Source of the DNA: an uncultured virus (IMG/VR IMGVR_UViG_3300035698_013592)
Lineage: Duplodnaviria > Heunggongvirae > Uroviricota > Caudoviricetes
Length of the DNA stretch: 64,000 nucleotides
IMG/VR virus record: IMGVR_UViG_3300035698_013592
Direction: 5' to 3' (one strand)
Part shown: positions 48,499-58,674 of the stretch, in pieces
Layout of the letters: each line of letters starts with the position of its first letter
Position numbering within the stretch: the stretch's first letter is position 1
Notes under the pieces: model-generated
What the model was told of the DNA's origin: nothing
The model's input: the letters and a program-made list of their open reading frames with translations, nothing else
The model's database searches: none
Program-made: the position numbers and the translations under genes

Positions 48499-49452
48499 GT
48501 GGATATTTGGACTCACAGCGGGAATGCTCACGCTGATGAGGTCATGTCGATAGCATTGCTTGTGCTAAAACAAGAAGCGGTGCGCGCTGCGTACCAGCGT
48601 AAAGACCTTGGCATCAGGCGTGTGTCTCAGATCGACGAAGATGAGGTCAAAGATGGTGATTGGGTGCTCGACGTTGGTATGGAACATGACCCGCGTCGTA
48701 ACCGATATGACCATCATCAGCAGCAACCGCCGGTAGACAGCACGTTCAGCCTACTGGCAAAGGAGTACGGACTTCACGACACCCTATCGAGTTGTACTGC
48801 CTGGTACGGACAGATCGTACTGGTGGACATTTACGGCCCGGTGGAGTATCTGCGGACCCTGGGGTTCCAGGATCCAACGATGGAGACTTTCATTCTCATC
48901 TTTTCTACCAGTATCTTCCGCTGGTTCATCAGCAAGTTTGAGCAGCATCCCCTTATGGGGATAGATGTAGCGTTACCCTGGCTCGACGAGCGTATTCGAG
49001 AAGCTCAAGCGCTTCGGCCCAGGGTGGACAAGCTGTTGGATACCATGCAAGTCTTTGGTAATATCGTTGCTTTTCCGTTTGCCAAAACATCTGTAGGCAC
49101 TGGCCTTGCGATTCGTCGGATGGGACGATCCCGGGCTGAGTTCTCGGACTTTGTCATATCCATCATGCCGGATAACCGTGAGACAGGGATGTGGTCGCTC
49201 ATGCGGTTAGATGACGACACAAGGGTGGACATGCATCGCATTGAAGAGTCTGACTTCGTAGAGTTCGTGCATGCCAACGGCTTTCTTGCGAAGGTCAAGT
49301 GTTCTCTACATCAGGCTGTCGCATTCGCAGAACAATCTATAGTGGAGGATGAGGATGTCCGAGGCCGAAAGCAAACCAGATGGGAGCTCGAGCGAAGCGC
49401 CGACGCCGCAGCAACAAGCGGAGACGATTCGAGAGCTGAAGAAGGAACTTGA
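48499..49452 (+). CDS. MYG1-family (DHH) exonuclease
   Basis: THSGNAHADE, LDVG..DP..NRYDHHQ, FVHANGF. Confidence 0.8.
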   Translation: MDIWTHSGNAHADEVMSIALLVLKQEAVRAAYQRKDLGIRRVSQIDEDEVKDGDWVLDVGMEHDPRRNRYDHHQQQPPVDSTFSLLAKEYGLHDTLSSCTAWYGQIVLVDIYGPVEYLRTLGFQDPTMETFILIFSTSIFRWFISKFEQHPLMGIDVALPWLDERIREAQALRPRVDKLLDTMQVFGNIVAFPFAKTSVGTGLAIRRMGRSRAEFSDFVISIMPDNRETGMWSLMRLDDDTRVDMHRIEESDFVEFVHANGFLAKVKCSLHQAVAFAEQSIVEDEDVRGRKQTRWELERSADAAATSGDDSRAEEGT

Positions 49453-49756
49453 GAACACGAAGCAGGAGCTGTACGTGTCGAAGGCGGCACACCAGTCGTT
49501 GGCTCAGGTTATCGCGTCGAAGGATGAGGAGATCGATAAGGACGGCAACCGTAGGCAGGCACTCGCCAGATGGGTGGTTTACTACCACGCCAAGCTCGTG
49601 GGTATTCAGTCAGCTCTAAGGGCTAACTTTGTGCTCTCCTGTGATATCGACCTCAAGTTCGCTGACTTCAAGAGGGAGCCGCCCGATATTGGTGATGCGC
49701 TCCAGCAAGCTGTAGCGGAGGCAGTAGCCGAAGGTCGTCGTGCGAAGCGCCCGTAG
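49349..49756 (+). CDS. Coiled-coil hypothetical protein
   Basis: 135-aa ORF. Confidence 0.5.
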   Translation: MRMSEAESKPDGSSSEAPTPQQQAETIRELKKELENTKQELYVSKAAHQSLAQVIASKDEEIDKDGNRRQALARWVVYYHAKLVGIQSALRANFVLSCDIDLKFADFKREPPDIGDALQQAVAEAVAEGRRAKRP

Positions 49757-50168
49757 GCCCTGCACTCAATGTGCGCGTTGTTGCAATACGGCGCCGTGTC
49801 TCATTCAGGCGCGGTATGAGGAACAGTTACGCGCCACTTGTCGTAATATAGGTGTCAGGTTTCACCGTAAGTGGGAGCTTTGCGTCGTTAGCTGGCCGAC
49901 AAAAAACAAAGTGGATCCATGTATTGCACGTGTCCCAAAGGTGTCGGCAACAGATACGATTCCACGGAGCTTTCACTATAGGCCGCGCTTTCGGCGTGGT
50001 CGATGTCCCTTCCTAACCGATAACAATAAGTGTCGGTTCTTTTATCATGTCGATGGCGACCTTCAGGGTCAGCCTCGAGATTCTACGCTCGCTCAGCGTT
50101 TGGTCGACGCTGGTAAAGGCTGTACGTTTAAGCCTCCTGTCGTACGTCACACGAGCAGCAAGGACTAG
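49740..50168 (+). CDS. CxxCxxCC (YkgJ-like) cysteine-cluster protein
   Basis: CTQCARCC...CPFLTDNNKC. Confidence 0.55.
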   Translation: MRSARRPCTQCARCCNTAPCLIQARYEEQLRATCRNIGVRFHRKWELCVVSWPTKNKVDPCIARVPKVSATDTIPRSFHYRPRFRRGRCPFLTDNNKCRFFYHVDGDLQGQPRDSTLAQRLVDAGKGCTFKPPVVRHTSSKD

Positions 50169-50171
50169 AGC

Positions 50172-50651
50172 GTGATAGACACAGGCCATTATTTGGTCAA
50201 GTGGAGAATCGAAGGAGTTACCCACCATGGCATCGTTGATAACTTTAGTGACGATGCTGAACAGCTTTATGCTTCGGGTACGCTCCTTATCGACGACGCG
50301 ATCTTGCATTTGCAGTACGAGGTACCAGAGGTCGACGTCACGGACGTACAAGTATTTCGGGACCCTCAGGACGAGCATCACGCGTACATTGACGCTGAGT
50401 TTCAGCGTACACTGGCTCACGCACAGTCTCTTCCCGAAGGCCTTAGGCCTGGTAAGCTGATTCGCACTAACGTTGCGGACGGCTACGCCTGGTACGTCGT
50501 CACCAAGGTAACGCGTAAGTACGCGTATATCGAGTGGCGAGGATTTTGCCCTGACCGCTGGTACGATCAGGTTCTTGGATCCGGAGGGCGTTTCGATCGA
50601 GATATTATCGAGAGGCTCGCCCGGCAGTACGAGTTACTTCTTTCCCTGTAG
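50172..50651 (+). CDS. Hypothetical protein
   Basis: 159-aa ORF (VADGYAWYVV). Confidence 0.55.
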   Translation: MIDTGHYLVKWRIEGVTHHGIVDNFSDDAEQLYASGTLLIDDAILHLQYEVPEVDVTDVQVFRDPQDEHHAYIDAEFQRTLAHAQSLPEGLRPGKLIRTNVADGYAWYVVTKVTRKYAYIEWRGFCPDRWYDQVLGSGGRFDRDIIERLARQYELLLSL

Positions 50652-50684
50652 GTCAACCCCCACGCCCTTTTACGAGGAAAACAG

Positions 50685-51044
50685 ATGAGAGTCAGAGTTT
50701 ACCCGCTGGCCGCCAGCCCCATGGACGTTGAACTTCCCGACGACGCACAGGGCGTCACCGTCAAGCACGTATTCTCGCAGCCCGGCACCGGCCGTGTCTT
50801 CGGCGACGAAGAGAACACCATCATGGGCGTCATCCAAGCCCGCTACGGCGCCTTTGAGCGGTACGGCACCGTGCATGTCAACGGCTCGCCCGCCGACCTC
50901 GGCACCATCCTGGAAGACGGCGCCAACATTATGCTGGTCCCCCGCGTCGAAGGCGGCAACCCTGCCGACAGTGGCCGCAGCGACCGCAGTGGCCGCAGAG
51001 GGTTCAAGTACTTCTTGCTGGCGCTGTTTGGCGTCAGGGTGTAG
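50685..51044 (+). CDS. Ubiquitin-like (MoaD/ThiS beta-grasp) protein with GG motif and C-terminal extension
   Basis: VHVNGSPADLGTILEDGANIMLVPRVEGG followed by 28 further residues. Confidence 0.75.
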   Translation: MRVRVYPLAASPMDVELPDDAQGVTVKHVFSQPGTGRVFGDEENTIMGVIQARYGAFERYGTVHVNGSPADLGTILEDGANIMLVPRVEGGNPADSGRSDRSGRRGFKYFLLALFGVRV

Positions 51045-51058
51045 CATCAACGCGTTTG

Positions 51059-51094
51059 GAGCCCCGGTCGATGCTGGCCGGGGCTCTTCCTTTT
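51059..51094 (+). terminator. Hairpin/terminator between the Ubl and E2 genes
   Basis: GAGCCCCGGTC...GGCCGGGGCTC-TTCCTTTT. Confidence 0.6.
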
Positions 51095-51111
51095 CCTGGA
51101 GACTTCAGTAA

Positions 51112-52635
51112 ATGGAAGTGACTGTCGAAGCTGCAAACATTCCTATTTCCCCCGAGGCGATTGTCCCTCCGCTATACTTCATGTCTCATCAGCTGAATAA
51201 ACCGGTGAGGGTGAAGTCGTGGAGTGATGATCTAACCAAAGCGGAATGTATCGATACGAGTGAGATCGTTGTTTGCTTTACCGATAACCAGACCCTGTCC
51301 TGTGCGAAGAGCATGGCGGCTAGCCTCGGCGGTTATAAGGCTGTTGTTGCCGATGACTCCCCTGAAGGAGTGGGGTGGGCGCCGGGCATCGCCGTCAGTA
51401 ACGCGTTGCTACTGTCTAACGACATGGTGAAAACACAATCTCACTTAGCTGCGGCCGTACGCGTAGCAATTCCCTTTTTGGCTCAGCTGAAGCATAAGAC
51501 GCCTCGCGTACTGACGAATGCGTTTATTCGCCAAGTGCGTCATGGGTTTGAGGCCCATTACGAACATGCCCGCGATTTACACCGTCTGGGAGTTGAAAGG
51601 GCAAAGGAGGGGCTTAACTCCGCGCTGTCTCAAGTGGAAGAATACCGTCGTCAGGTACTCGGGGAGCAGCGGCTATACGACGCCTGTACCATTAGTCAGG
51701 ATCGTCTCGTGAATGGTAAGGTTCGTATGGCTGCCCACAAACTGGCTAACTTGCAGGCAATGGGCCTGTATAGGTATATCCATTTCAGCTCAAACTCGCT
51801 GATTGCAAGAACGAAGCACATTGATATCCAGTGGCAAGGGTATGCAATCCCTATGGGTATTTTCGAAGCGCGTATCTCCTTTGACGCTGGTAGCATTCAG
51901 GTTGTGCCCGTTGATATCTTGCACAACAAGCCTGAAGGCTACCCACATCCGCATATCACGCACAATGGAAACGTCTGTTGGGGTACGGCTAGCCCTGCCG
52001 TCTCCCGAGCTCTTTCTGAGATGCAGTGGGCAGATGCGCTGATCTATGCTCATGCCTTGCTGCAGTCCTATGAGCCCAGCAACCCGTACGTCAAGATCTC
52101 TCTCTTCTCTACAGCGGAAAAAGCTGTTCCACAGGATGTCCTCAACAGTCAAGACGATGAAGATAGTGACCCCTGTGAAGAGTGTGACGAGCGTAATTCG
52201 CCCTATTGCATCTTTGACTGCGAGTACAACGAAGGTATGTACGGCGTCAGCGACTGTTGTGATCATCGGTCGGTGTTCTGCTACACGGAATGCTCACGTA
52301 ATGGAAATTCGTGCGATATTTCCCCCTGTGACGACTGTGCGCCCCCACGCTTGCTCAACGTTTGCGCTGCATGCGAGTACAACGAAGCTTTTGATCTTGT
52401 TAACATCTGTGAGGAGTGCGATGCCGGAGAATACAAAAACGACTGTGACGCCTGTGAGCACAGAGAAGCCGTTGAACACGCCATCTCAATCGGCGCAACC
52501 GACTTCCGGTCAATCGACGAGCGACCTGCAGAAGACGACGACGACGGGGAAGCTAATGACAGCGGCACAGAAGTGGCAGAAGCATCAGGCGATGCCGAAG
52601 GCGCCCAAGAAGCCAACACTTCCACAGAAGCCTGA
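51112..52635 (+). CDS. Prokaryotic E2-like conjugating enzyme with coiled coil and Cys-rich tail
   Basis: YPHPHITHNGNVCWG (HP-x-I...C, E2-like active site); many C-terminal CxxC. Confidence 0.65.
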   Translation: MEVTVEAANIPISPEAIVPPLYFMSHQLNKPVRVKSWSDDLTKAECIDTSEIVVCFTDNQTLSCAKSMAASLGGYKAVVADDSPEGVGWAPGIAVSNALLLSNDMVKTQSHLAAAVRVAIPFLAQLKHKTPRVLTNAFIRQVRHGFEAHYEHARDLHRLGVERAKEGLNSALSQVEEYRRQVLGEQRLYDACTISQDRLVNGKVRMAAHKLANLQAMGLYRYIHFSSNSLIARTKHIDIQWQGYAIPMGIFEARISFDAGSIQVVPVDILHNKPEGYPHPHITHNGNVCWGTASPAVSRALSEMQWADALIYAHALLQSYEPSNPYVKISLFSTAEKAVPQDVLNSQDDEDSDPCEECDERNSPYCIFDCEYNEGMYGVSDCCDHRSVFCYTECSRNGNSCDISPCDDCAPPRLLNVCAACEYNEAFDLVNICEECDAGEYKNDCDACEHREAVEHAISIGATDFRSIDERPAEDDDDGEANDSGTEVAEASGDAEGAQEANTSTEA

Positions 52636-52666
52636 TACGGGCTTCTTAGCGTATGGTGGTGGAGTC

Positions 52667-53809
52667 GTGTCTGATTCACCTGTCGAAATCACCATAATGC
52701 AACAGGCTTACCAGAAGATCTGTGCTTACACCAGCGCTGGCAACAGCGTTGAGATCAGCACACTAGGCCTTGTTGATGTTATCCCTCATGCGAACAGTGT
52801 CACGGAGTTGCGTATCGACGATATGTTCCTCCTCAAGCAAGTGGGATTCAGCGCAGGTACAGAGATGGACCCCGGCGCTATCGCTGACGTCATGATGGAA
52901 ATGGTCCAAGCTGGCAAGGATCCGTCGCGCATTCGCTGTTGGCATCATTCGCACAGCGAAATGGGCGTATTCTGGTCCGGCACCGATCATCAAACCGCTG
53001 AGCGTATCTGCGCTGAGTGGCTTGTCTGTCTCGTTACGAACGTCAAGGGAGACATGCTCGCGCGCCTTGACGTCAATCAGCCCTTCCCGCTCACGATCGA
53101 CAAAGTGCCCGTCCGTGTGATATTGGACGGCGAGGACGACGTGTGGGATGAATGTCAGAGTGAAGTAATTTCAAAGGTCAAAGAGACCGTCTATGCCGGT
53201 GCAACTCTCCACGGAGGTAATGTGTGGGGTGGCGTGGCTGTAGGCGGCTACTATGGCTACGGCGGAGCAGCGGTTGGAATGCCTGGTCCGCGAGACATGT
53301 TTGATGACGTACATGGAGACGGATTTACGGTGTTCGATGAAGTTGGCAGAACCACCGGAGAACATCCTTACGCCTCCCTAACCGCCATCGAACAAGCGGA
53401 CATGATGCCCGAAGATGTGAAGCTTTACTGTCCGTTCTGTGAGGAGTTTCATGAAGTTGATACCCTTTGCGATGCCCTCAGCAACTGTGGACCGTTGAGG
53501 AACAAGGAGATCATCAGCATCATGGCGCAAGAGATGGATCACCGAGGTATCCTTTGGTGCCCAGATTGTTGTGGTCAAGGTGGGGGCGAATACGCTTACT
53601 GCGCGGCCTGCCGCGATTACGGGTATCTTTCGGATAATGACTTCACCGAGCTCATATCTGGTGTTGCTACGGTGAATCCTAGAATGTGCCCCATCGTAGA
53701 CGACGACGATGAGAAGAAACCCGTCATAGCTAAGGTCGAAGTGAAAAAAGACGGGGAAGACACGGACGTTCTTGAGGTCACGGATATGGACGGGCTCCCC
53801 AATGACTGA
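52667..53809 (+). CDS. JAB/MPN+ metallo-isopeptidase (start uncertain)
   Basis: VEISTLG (Glu), WHHSHSEMGVFWSGTD (HxH-x7-S-x2-D). Confidence 0.8.
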   Translation: MSDSPVEITIMQQAYQKICAYTSAGNSVEISTLGLVDVIPHANSVTELRIDDMFLLKQVGFSAGTEMDPGAIADVMMEMVQAGKDPSRIRCWHHSHSEMGVFWSGTDHQTAERICAEWLVCLVTNVKGDMLARLDVNQPFPLTIDKVPVRVILDGEDDVWDECQSEVISKVKETVYAGATLHGGNVWGGVAVGGYYGYGGAAVGMPGPRDMFDDVHGDGFTVFDEVGRTTGEHPYASLTAIEQADMMPEDVKLYCPFCEEFHEVDTLCDALSNCGPLRNKEIISIMAQEMDHRGILWCPDCCGQGGGEYAYCAACRDYGYLSDNDFTELISGVATVNPRMCPIVDDDDEKKPVIAKVEVKKDGEDTDVLEVTDMDGLPND

Positions 53810-54491
53810 GAGCTCCGAAGCTGTGGTCGATGAAACCCGCGTCTCGTACCTTCGTCAGCTTGATATTTGTCCGCCCGACGTGCTTCAGTTCCCGATCACA
53901 GTGATCGGGGCTGGCGCCATTGGATCTGCCGTCGTTCTCGCCATATCGAAGATGGGATGCCAAAACATCACCGTCTTCGACCATGACACTCTGGAAGAGC
54001 ACAATGTGCCCAACCAGATCTGTCTAGCGGCGGAGATAGGACATAGTAAGGTCGATGCTCTCGATGCATTGACAAGGCAGCTGTGCGGCTATGGACTCCA
54101 AAACGCTAGGGCTCGCAAGTATGTGGGTCAACCGGTAGAGGGAGTACTCGTACTTGCTGTGGACACCATGGATACCCGACTTGACATTTGGAACTGGGTT
54201 CGTGGCTCACGCCGTAAGCCGGACCTCCTCATTGACGCCCGCATGGGCGCCGAGGTAGGACGTATACACTCAGCTCACCTCGACAGTGCGATTGAGATGG
54301 AGAACTACGAGAAGAACCTCTACCCGAGCAGCGAAGCCATCGCGCTTCCTTGCTCCGCACGTTCTATCGTGTTCTGCCCCATCACCTTAGGTGGTATCGT
54401 TGCCGCGCTCATTAAGAGACATGCGATGGACCAGCCGTTACCTAAGGACGTCATGATTGACATGGTGAACCTCAACGTGATGAGCTTTTGA
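53802..54491 (+). CDS. ThiF/E1-like activating enzyme
   Basis: RQLD, VIGAGAIGS, FDHDTLEEHN.PNQ, KVDAL, AVDTM, DARMG, PCSARS. Confidence 0.85.
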   Translation: MTESSEAVVDETRVSYLRQLDICPPDVLQFPITVIGAGAIGSAVVLAISKMGCQNITVFDHDTLEEHNVPNQICLAAEIGHSKVDALDALTRQLCGYGLQNARARKYVGQPVEGVLVLAVDTMDTRLDIWNWVRGSRRKPDLLIDARMGAEVGRIHSAHLDSAIEMENYEKNLYPSSEAIALPCSARSIVFCPITLGGIVAALIKRHAMDQPLPKDVMIDMVNLNVMSF

Positions 54492-54574
54492 GCTCAACAG
54501 TTACATGGAGGGGGGCCCTTGAGGGTCTCCCTCCACTCATTCCTTTCCTTTAGCTGCCCAGAGGAGGAAACTCA

Positions 54575-55420
54575 GTGCCAACAGGATACACCACGCAACT
54601 CGAAGACACAGGTTATGACCTGCGTGCCTGGTTCCTTCAACGCTTGCCGTTAGCCTTCGCCATGTTCGTTCACCTGCGTGACACATGTACTGATGGATGG
54701 TCATCGGCGAAGATGAAGAGAAGCATGGAGGAAGCCAGGTCGAATCGGATCGAAGTAGCCAGAGCAAGGCTTGCGGAGCAACGGGAGGAGTGCATCCTCT
54801 TTCATAACCGGACGCTGGACGAGTGGCGTGAAGAGCTCTTCCGTTCAATGAAGGTCAACTACGAGGCGGAAAAGACCTACCGAGAGGGCGAGCAGGCTGA
54901 GATTAACGGCTATCTTGCCTCGTATGCAGCTGTCAGTCGGCTCTTGGCGGAAGCACCCACGTATGAAGACCCGGAAGTCGTCGGTTACGGCAACATCATT
55001 CAGGCTTTCCTCGACTTTGCCCAGACTCAGCTGTATGAGGGCATGCCTTTCTACGCCAAAGACCTTCTGGACGGTACAGTCAGCACCCGCCGCCCTGCGG
55101 AGCTTCCCTCTACCATAATGGATATCCACAGAGATATCTTGTCCGATCACATCGCGGACAGGGTCGAAAAGGCTGATCGTATCTTGGACTTCAGACAAAA
55201 AGACTACGACAAAGCGTGTTCTACTCTGAAGGACGGCGCACGTATGTTCGATGAGTGGGTTCAATGGGTAGAGGAGAACGTATTGCCCGGCCCGCCCCCT
55301 CCTGCTGATCTCGGATCGGATCCTTCGGCGTACCTTGAGCTCATGGACACTATCGACACCGTACTCGAGAAGCCCATCTACATCAAACCCGTCTTGGTTG
55401 AGGGGGTATGCATTGACTGA
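54575..55420 (+). CDS. Hypothetical protein (MPTGYT N-terminus)
   Basis: GAGGAGG RBS; 281 aa. Confidence 0.6.
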   Translation: MPTGYTTQLEDTGYDLRAWFLQRLPLAFAMFVHLRDTCTDGWSSAKMKRSMEEARSNRIEVARARLAEQREECILFHNRTLDEWREELFRSMKVNYEAEKTYREGEQAEINGYLASYAAVSRLLAEAPTYEDPEVVGYGNIIQAFLDFAQTQLYEGMPFYAKDLLDGTVSTRRPAELPSTIMDIHRDILSDHIADRVEKADRILDFRQKDYDKACSTLKDGARMFDEWVQWVEENVLPGPPPPADLGSDPSAYLELMDTIDTVLEKPIYIKPVLVEGVCID

Positions 55421-56177
55421 GTACAACCTCAATCTCCACAAGTCTGGGCACATCCTCAGTCTCCCGGCGCTTGAGCAGTTACCTCAAGTAGCTCAGGCAG
55501 ATGTAGACGGTAACCTGATCATCCACCTAGGGTTCCATGCTTTCGGCCGTACGTATTACTGTGCGTCCTACCGCGACAACGCCTTCTGGTGTTGGGTTGA
55601 GGAAAATAACAGGGGCTACGAGAAGCATGTGACTGAGAGGTACCTCATGAGTGACCCTGACCACTACATGATTCACATCCATCGGCCAACACCCATCAAC
55701 CTCTTGGCGCCGCATGCTGTGCGTGAGGGTGAATTACTCCGTGAAGTAGCTGTTTGTCACGACTGTGGAGCCTTGGAGGGTGCGCTACACCACTCAGGCT
55801 GTGACATGGAGCGTTGTCCCTTCTGCGGTGGTCAGTTGATCAGTTGTGACTGTGTCTACAAGCTGTGGGGTCTTTATGACACAGAGAAGTACACAGAGGC
55901 CACGTCCTTTCTACCCCGACACATCTACGAGAAAGGCCTCAACGAGTTACAGTCAGAGACGTGGGATGGGATGCTGCGAGCTAAGGGTCTGATCCCCTAC
56001 ATCCGGTATCCCAACCTCTGTTACTACTGTGGAATGAAGTGGCCGCCCATGTTCCAAGTCTCTGATGAGGAGTGGAACCGCTACATCGAGCCATGCGCAC
56101 GCAGTAAGATGATCTGCCAGGTATGCTACACGCGTATCAAGCAACTCATCGATGCTGCTAAAGAACCCGAAGAGTAA
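55335..56177 (+). CDS. Cys-rich hypothetical protein (true start probably ~55413)
   Basis: CHDCG..H..GCDMERCPFCGGQLISCDC. Confidence 0.55.
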   Translation: MSSWTLSTPYSRSPSTSNPSWLRGYALTEYNLNLHKSGHILSLPALEQLPQVAQADVDGNLIIHLGFHAFGRTYYCASYRDNAFWCWVEENNRGYEKHVTERYLMSDPDHYMIHIHRPTPINLLAPHAVREGELLREVAVCHDCGALEGALHHSGCDMERCPFCGGQLISCDCVYKLWGLYDTEKYTEATSFLPRHIYEKGLNELQSETWDGMLRAKGLIPYIRYPNLCYYCGMKWPPMFQVSDEEWNRYIEPCARSKMICQVCYTRIKQLIDAAKEPEE

Positions 56178-56715
56178 ACGTTACTATTACTTGAATATGG
56201 GTGACCGGTGAAACTCGGGATAACAACCCCAGAGGTGATCTCATGTCACTTGCAACTTAGGCCCATCTGCCACGGTAGACTGGACCGCGAAGGCCACTCC
56301 CCCCACACCCAAGGAGGAGCAGCCTGACTTTCGTTATGCTCTGCAAGTATGGAGGCCCAAGAGAGGGCAGCCCAGCCCTGCAAAGGAAATGACGTAAATG
56401 GCTTGTAGGAAAGAGCTTAGAGACACAGTGGCATATTTCCACGGATAAACCACCGTACTCATTCTTTCTTTGGCCATGTCATGGATTGTCCTCTCAGGCC
56501 TCTCTTGCGTGTGTCGTAGCGGGTACCAGAGCATGTTTACATCGCGGTACGTTGCGGTAGATATGCGGTACATCTGGTGTTGTTAGGTAGTAACGCGTTG
56601 GTATCTTTACATGTTTCTGTGTAGACACGGCGCAGGTTGTCGTGTATCATACGGTTGAGGTCGCTAAGGATGTAGGAGACTCAAGCGACCTCACAGCTAA
56701 AGAAAGGAGGATGGT

Positions 56716-57081
56716 GTGAGTGATTCACCCATCAACCCGTTTGATGACAAAGTACCAGACAACTTGATCTCTGCGGACATCGGTGACTTTACCATCCTGA
56801 TAGACGGGGATCACCTGGAACAGCGGATCGCTACGCTCAGGGCGTGGTTCGAAGAGGGTCCGCCGGAAGAGTGGACGTTTACGCAAATGCTCTCCGTTGC
56901 GGTGACTGCCACATCTGTCGGCCTGATCAGTCAAGGAGTTCCCCCTCACGTTGCCCGAAGAACCGTGATGCACCCGCTCTCGATGTATCGTATTGCCTGT
57001 AGCATGATCCGTGATAAAGAAAGGATCGTAAGACAGGCACATTCGTTGCGTGAGCCACTGGAGGACGATGACAATGGGTGA
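56716..57081 (+). CDS. Hypothetical protein
   Basis: AAGGAGG RBS. Confidence 0.55.
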   Translation: MSDSPINPFDDKVPDNLISADIGDFTILIDGDHLEQRIATLRAWFEEGPPEEWTFTQMLSVAVTATSVGLISQGVPPHVARRTVMHPLSMYRIACSMIRDKERIVRQAHSLREPLEDDDNG

Positions 57082-57751
57082 GTATACTCCCGAAGCAGCC
57101 AAAGGGATGGAAAAGATAGCGGGCATCTTGAAGTTTAACGCTGAGCGCCCGTTTGCTGACGTACAGCCTGAGGATATCCCGCTTCTGAGCGAGTTGGGTG
57201 TCAACTCCGACGAGATGTTGATTAGTATGCTCTCAGATATCTCTGACGACCCGGTGCTGCCTCAGTTACTCCGAGAAGCGGTAGCAAAATCCAAAGGGAC
57301 AGCGCCGAGCGTAGGAGGCTGTTACTCTAGCGCACCGCTCTGCCCAAACTGTGGCTCGCCTAAGACATCCGGCGATCAGGAAGTGCCGGATGGGTACGGG
57401 GATGAGGACGAGATGGATGGCCCCGCAGACGACGACGTAGAAGGTAGGCGACTGTTGGGTGAGGCCCTCAAGGTTGCACATAGTTACCACGAGGGAGGCC
57501 TGAAGCATCTGACAGAGAAAGACAAGGAAGATGTGATGGCCCACATACTGATCGCCGTGGTCTGTGAAGCGGGGATGAACTCGCAAACGACCGTATCGTT
57601 GGCCACGCTGGGTGCTTTTCGTGATCGGGCGCGGTTCTTGCTCGACACGGAGACGAAAGATGCACACCGTGCTATTGACGCCTGGCTTATCGCGCTGTGG
57701 AAACAACACGGTCACCGCTACGAAGATCTTTGTGGAGACAAACAAGGATGA
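57050..57751 (+). CDS. Hypothetical protein (true start probably downstream)
   Basis: 233-aa ORF. Confidence 0.55.
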   Translation: MSHWRTMTMGEYTPEAAKGMEKIAGILKFNAERPFADVQPEDIPLLSELGVNSDEMLISMLSDISDDPVLPQLLREAVAKSKGTAPSVGGCYSSAPLCPNCGSPKTSGDQEVPDGYGDEDEMDGPADDDVEGRRLLGEALKVAHSYHEGGLKHLTEKDKEDVMAHILIAVVCEAGMNSQTTVSLATLGAFRDRARFLLDTETKDAHRAIDAWLIALWKQHGHRYEDLCGDKQG

Positions 57752-58350
57752 CAGCTAACATCATTAGCTTTACCGCCATCGTGACCATAGCGTTCTCTGT
57801 CTGGCGCTGCTGTCGGTCGATGAGGGTCATGCGCAATTCGATTGACATGTGGCGTGAGACAACGGAGGCCAACGGTTGTGAGTTCAGTGCGTGGGTTAGG
57901 AACTCCATCGTTACGGATAGGCAAGTGGCGCTGGACATCAACGAATTGCGAGGCATCATTGCTAGTATGGCGGAGCAGGCCAGGAATAGCTTTGGCGCGG
58001 CTGAAGCTCTCAGCATACTCGCTGTAAACAGGTTCGTTGAGCAGACGGACTGGATACAGCTGAAGGCGCAGAAGCTGTTCCTCATCAACTATGTTGACGA
58101 CAACATACACGCACGAGGCATACTTCATTTCCTCGATGCGTTGCAGGACATGTTGGTTGATGGCGTCGGCATACCCCAAGAGACGATCTTTGGGCCGTTG
58201 GACGATGATGAAAACGCGAATCTCTCAGAGGAGATGACCGACGAAGCAATCGACAAACAGTCGATGGACAAGGGCCGAACTCACACCATAGCAGAGCGTT
58301 TCGGCAGGGCCAAAGTTGAAGAAGACCAAACCGAAGCCGGGCCGGTTTAG
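57697..58350 (+). CDS. Hypothetical membrane-anchored protein
   Basis: Hydrophobic IISFTAIVTIAFSVW; likely start at MTANI. Confidence 0.5.
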   Translation: METTRSPLRRSLWRQTRMTANIISFTAIVTIAFSVWRCCRSMRVMRNSIDMWRETTEANGCEFSAWVRNSIVTDRQVALDINELRGIIASMAEQARNSFGAAEALSILAVNRFVEQTDWIQLKAQKLFLINYVDDNIHARGILHFLDALQDMLVDGVGIPQETIFGPLDDDENANLSEEMTDEAIDKQSMDKGRTHTIAERFGRAKVEEDQTEAGPV

Positions 58351-58674
58351 GACTCGGCATGTACCACGTGTGACGAAGGTTGAAGGTAGAGGCTATGTAT
58401 AACTTGCAGTCGAGAGCTCAATCGCCTGGCCCTCCCCTGTTGGACGAGAGCCACAGCGAGCTGAGTGCGTTGGTATCACTTCTCAGTGAGGATCTGTGTC
58501 GTAGTATGTCCCAGTACTTCTCTAAGGAGGAGTTCGACTGGAAGACATTTGCACAGGAACCACAAGTGAGACGGTATATCGGCATGTGGCTAGCCAAGCA
58601 CCCGGATAGGGCGTTGGCACGAGCTGTCATTCTGTCTGCGGCATAGTTCTACGTACAGCAAGCGAACCGTATAG

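Noticed and set aside
52046..52666. Long N-terminal extension of the JAB ORF
   Set aside because: It overlaps the E2 gene by ~590 nt with Thr/Ser-rich off-frame composition; a start near 52590-52667 is more plausible.
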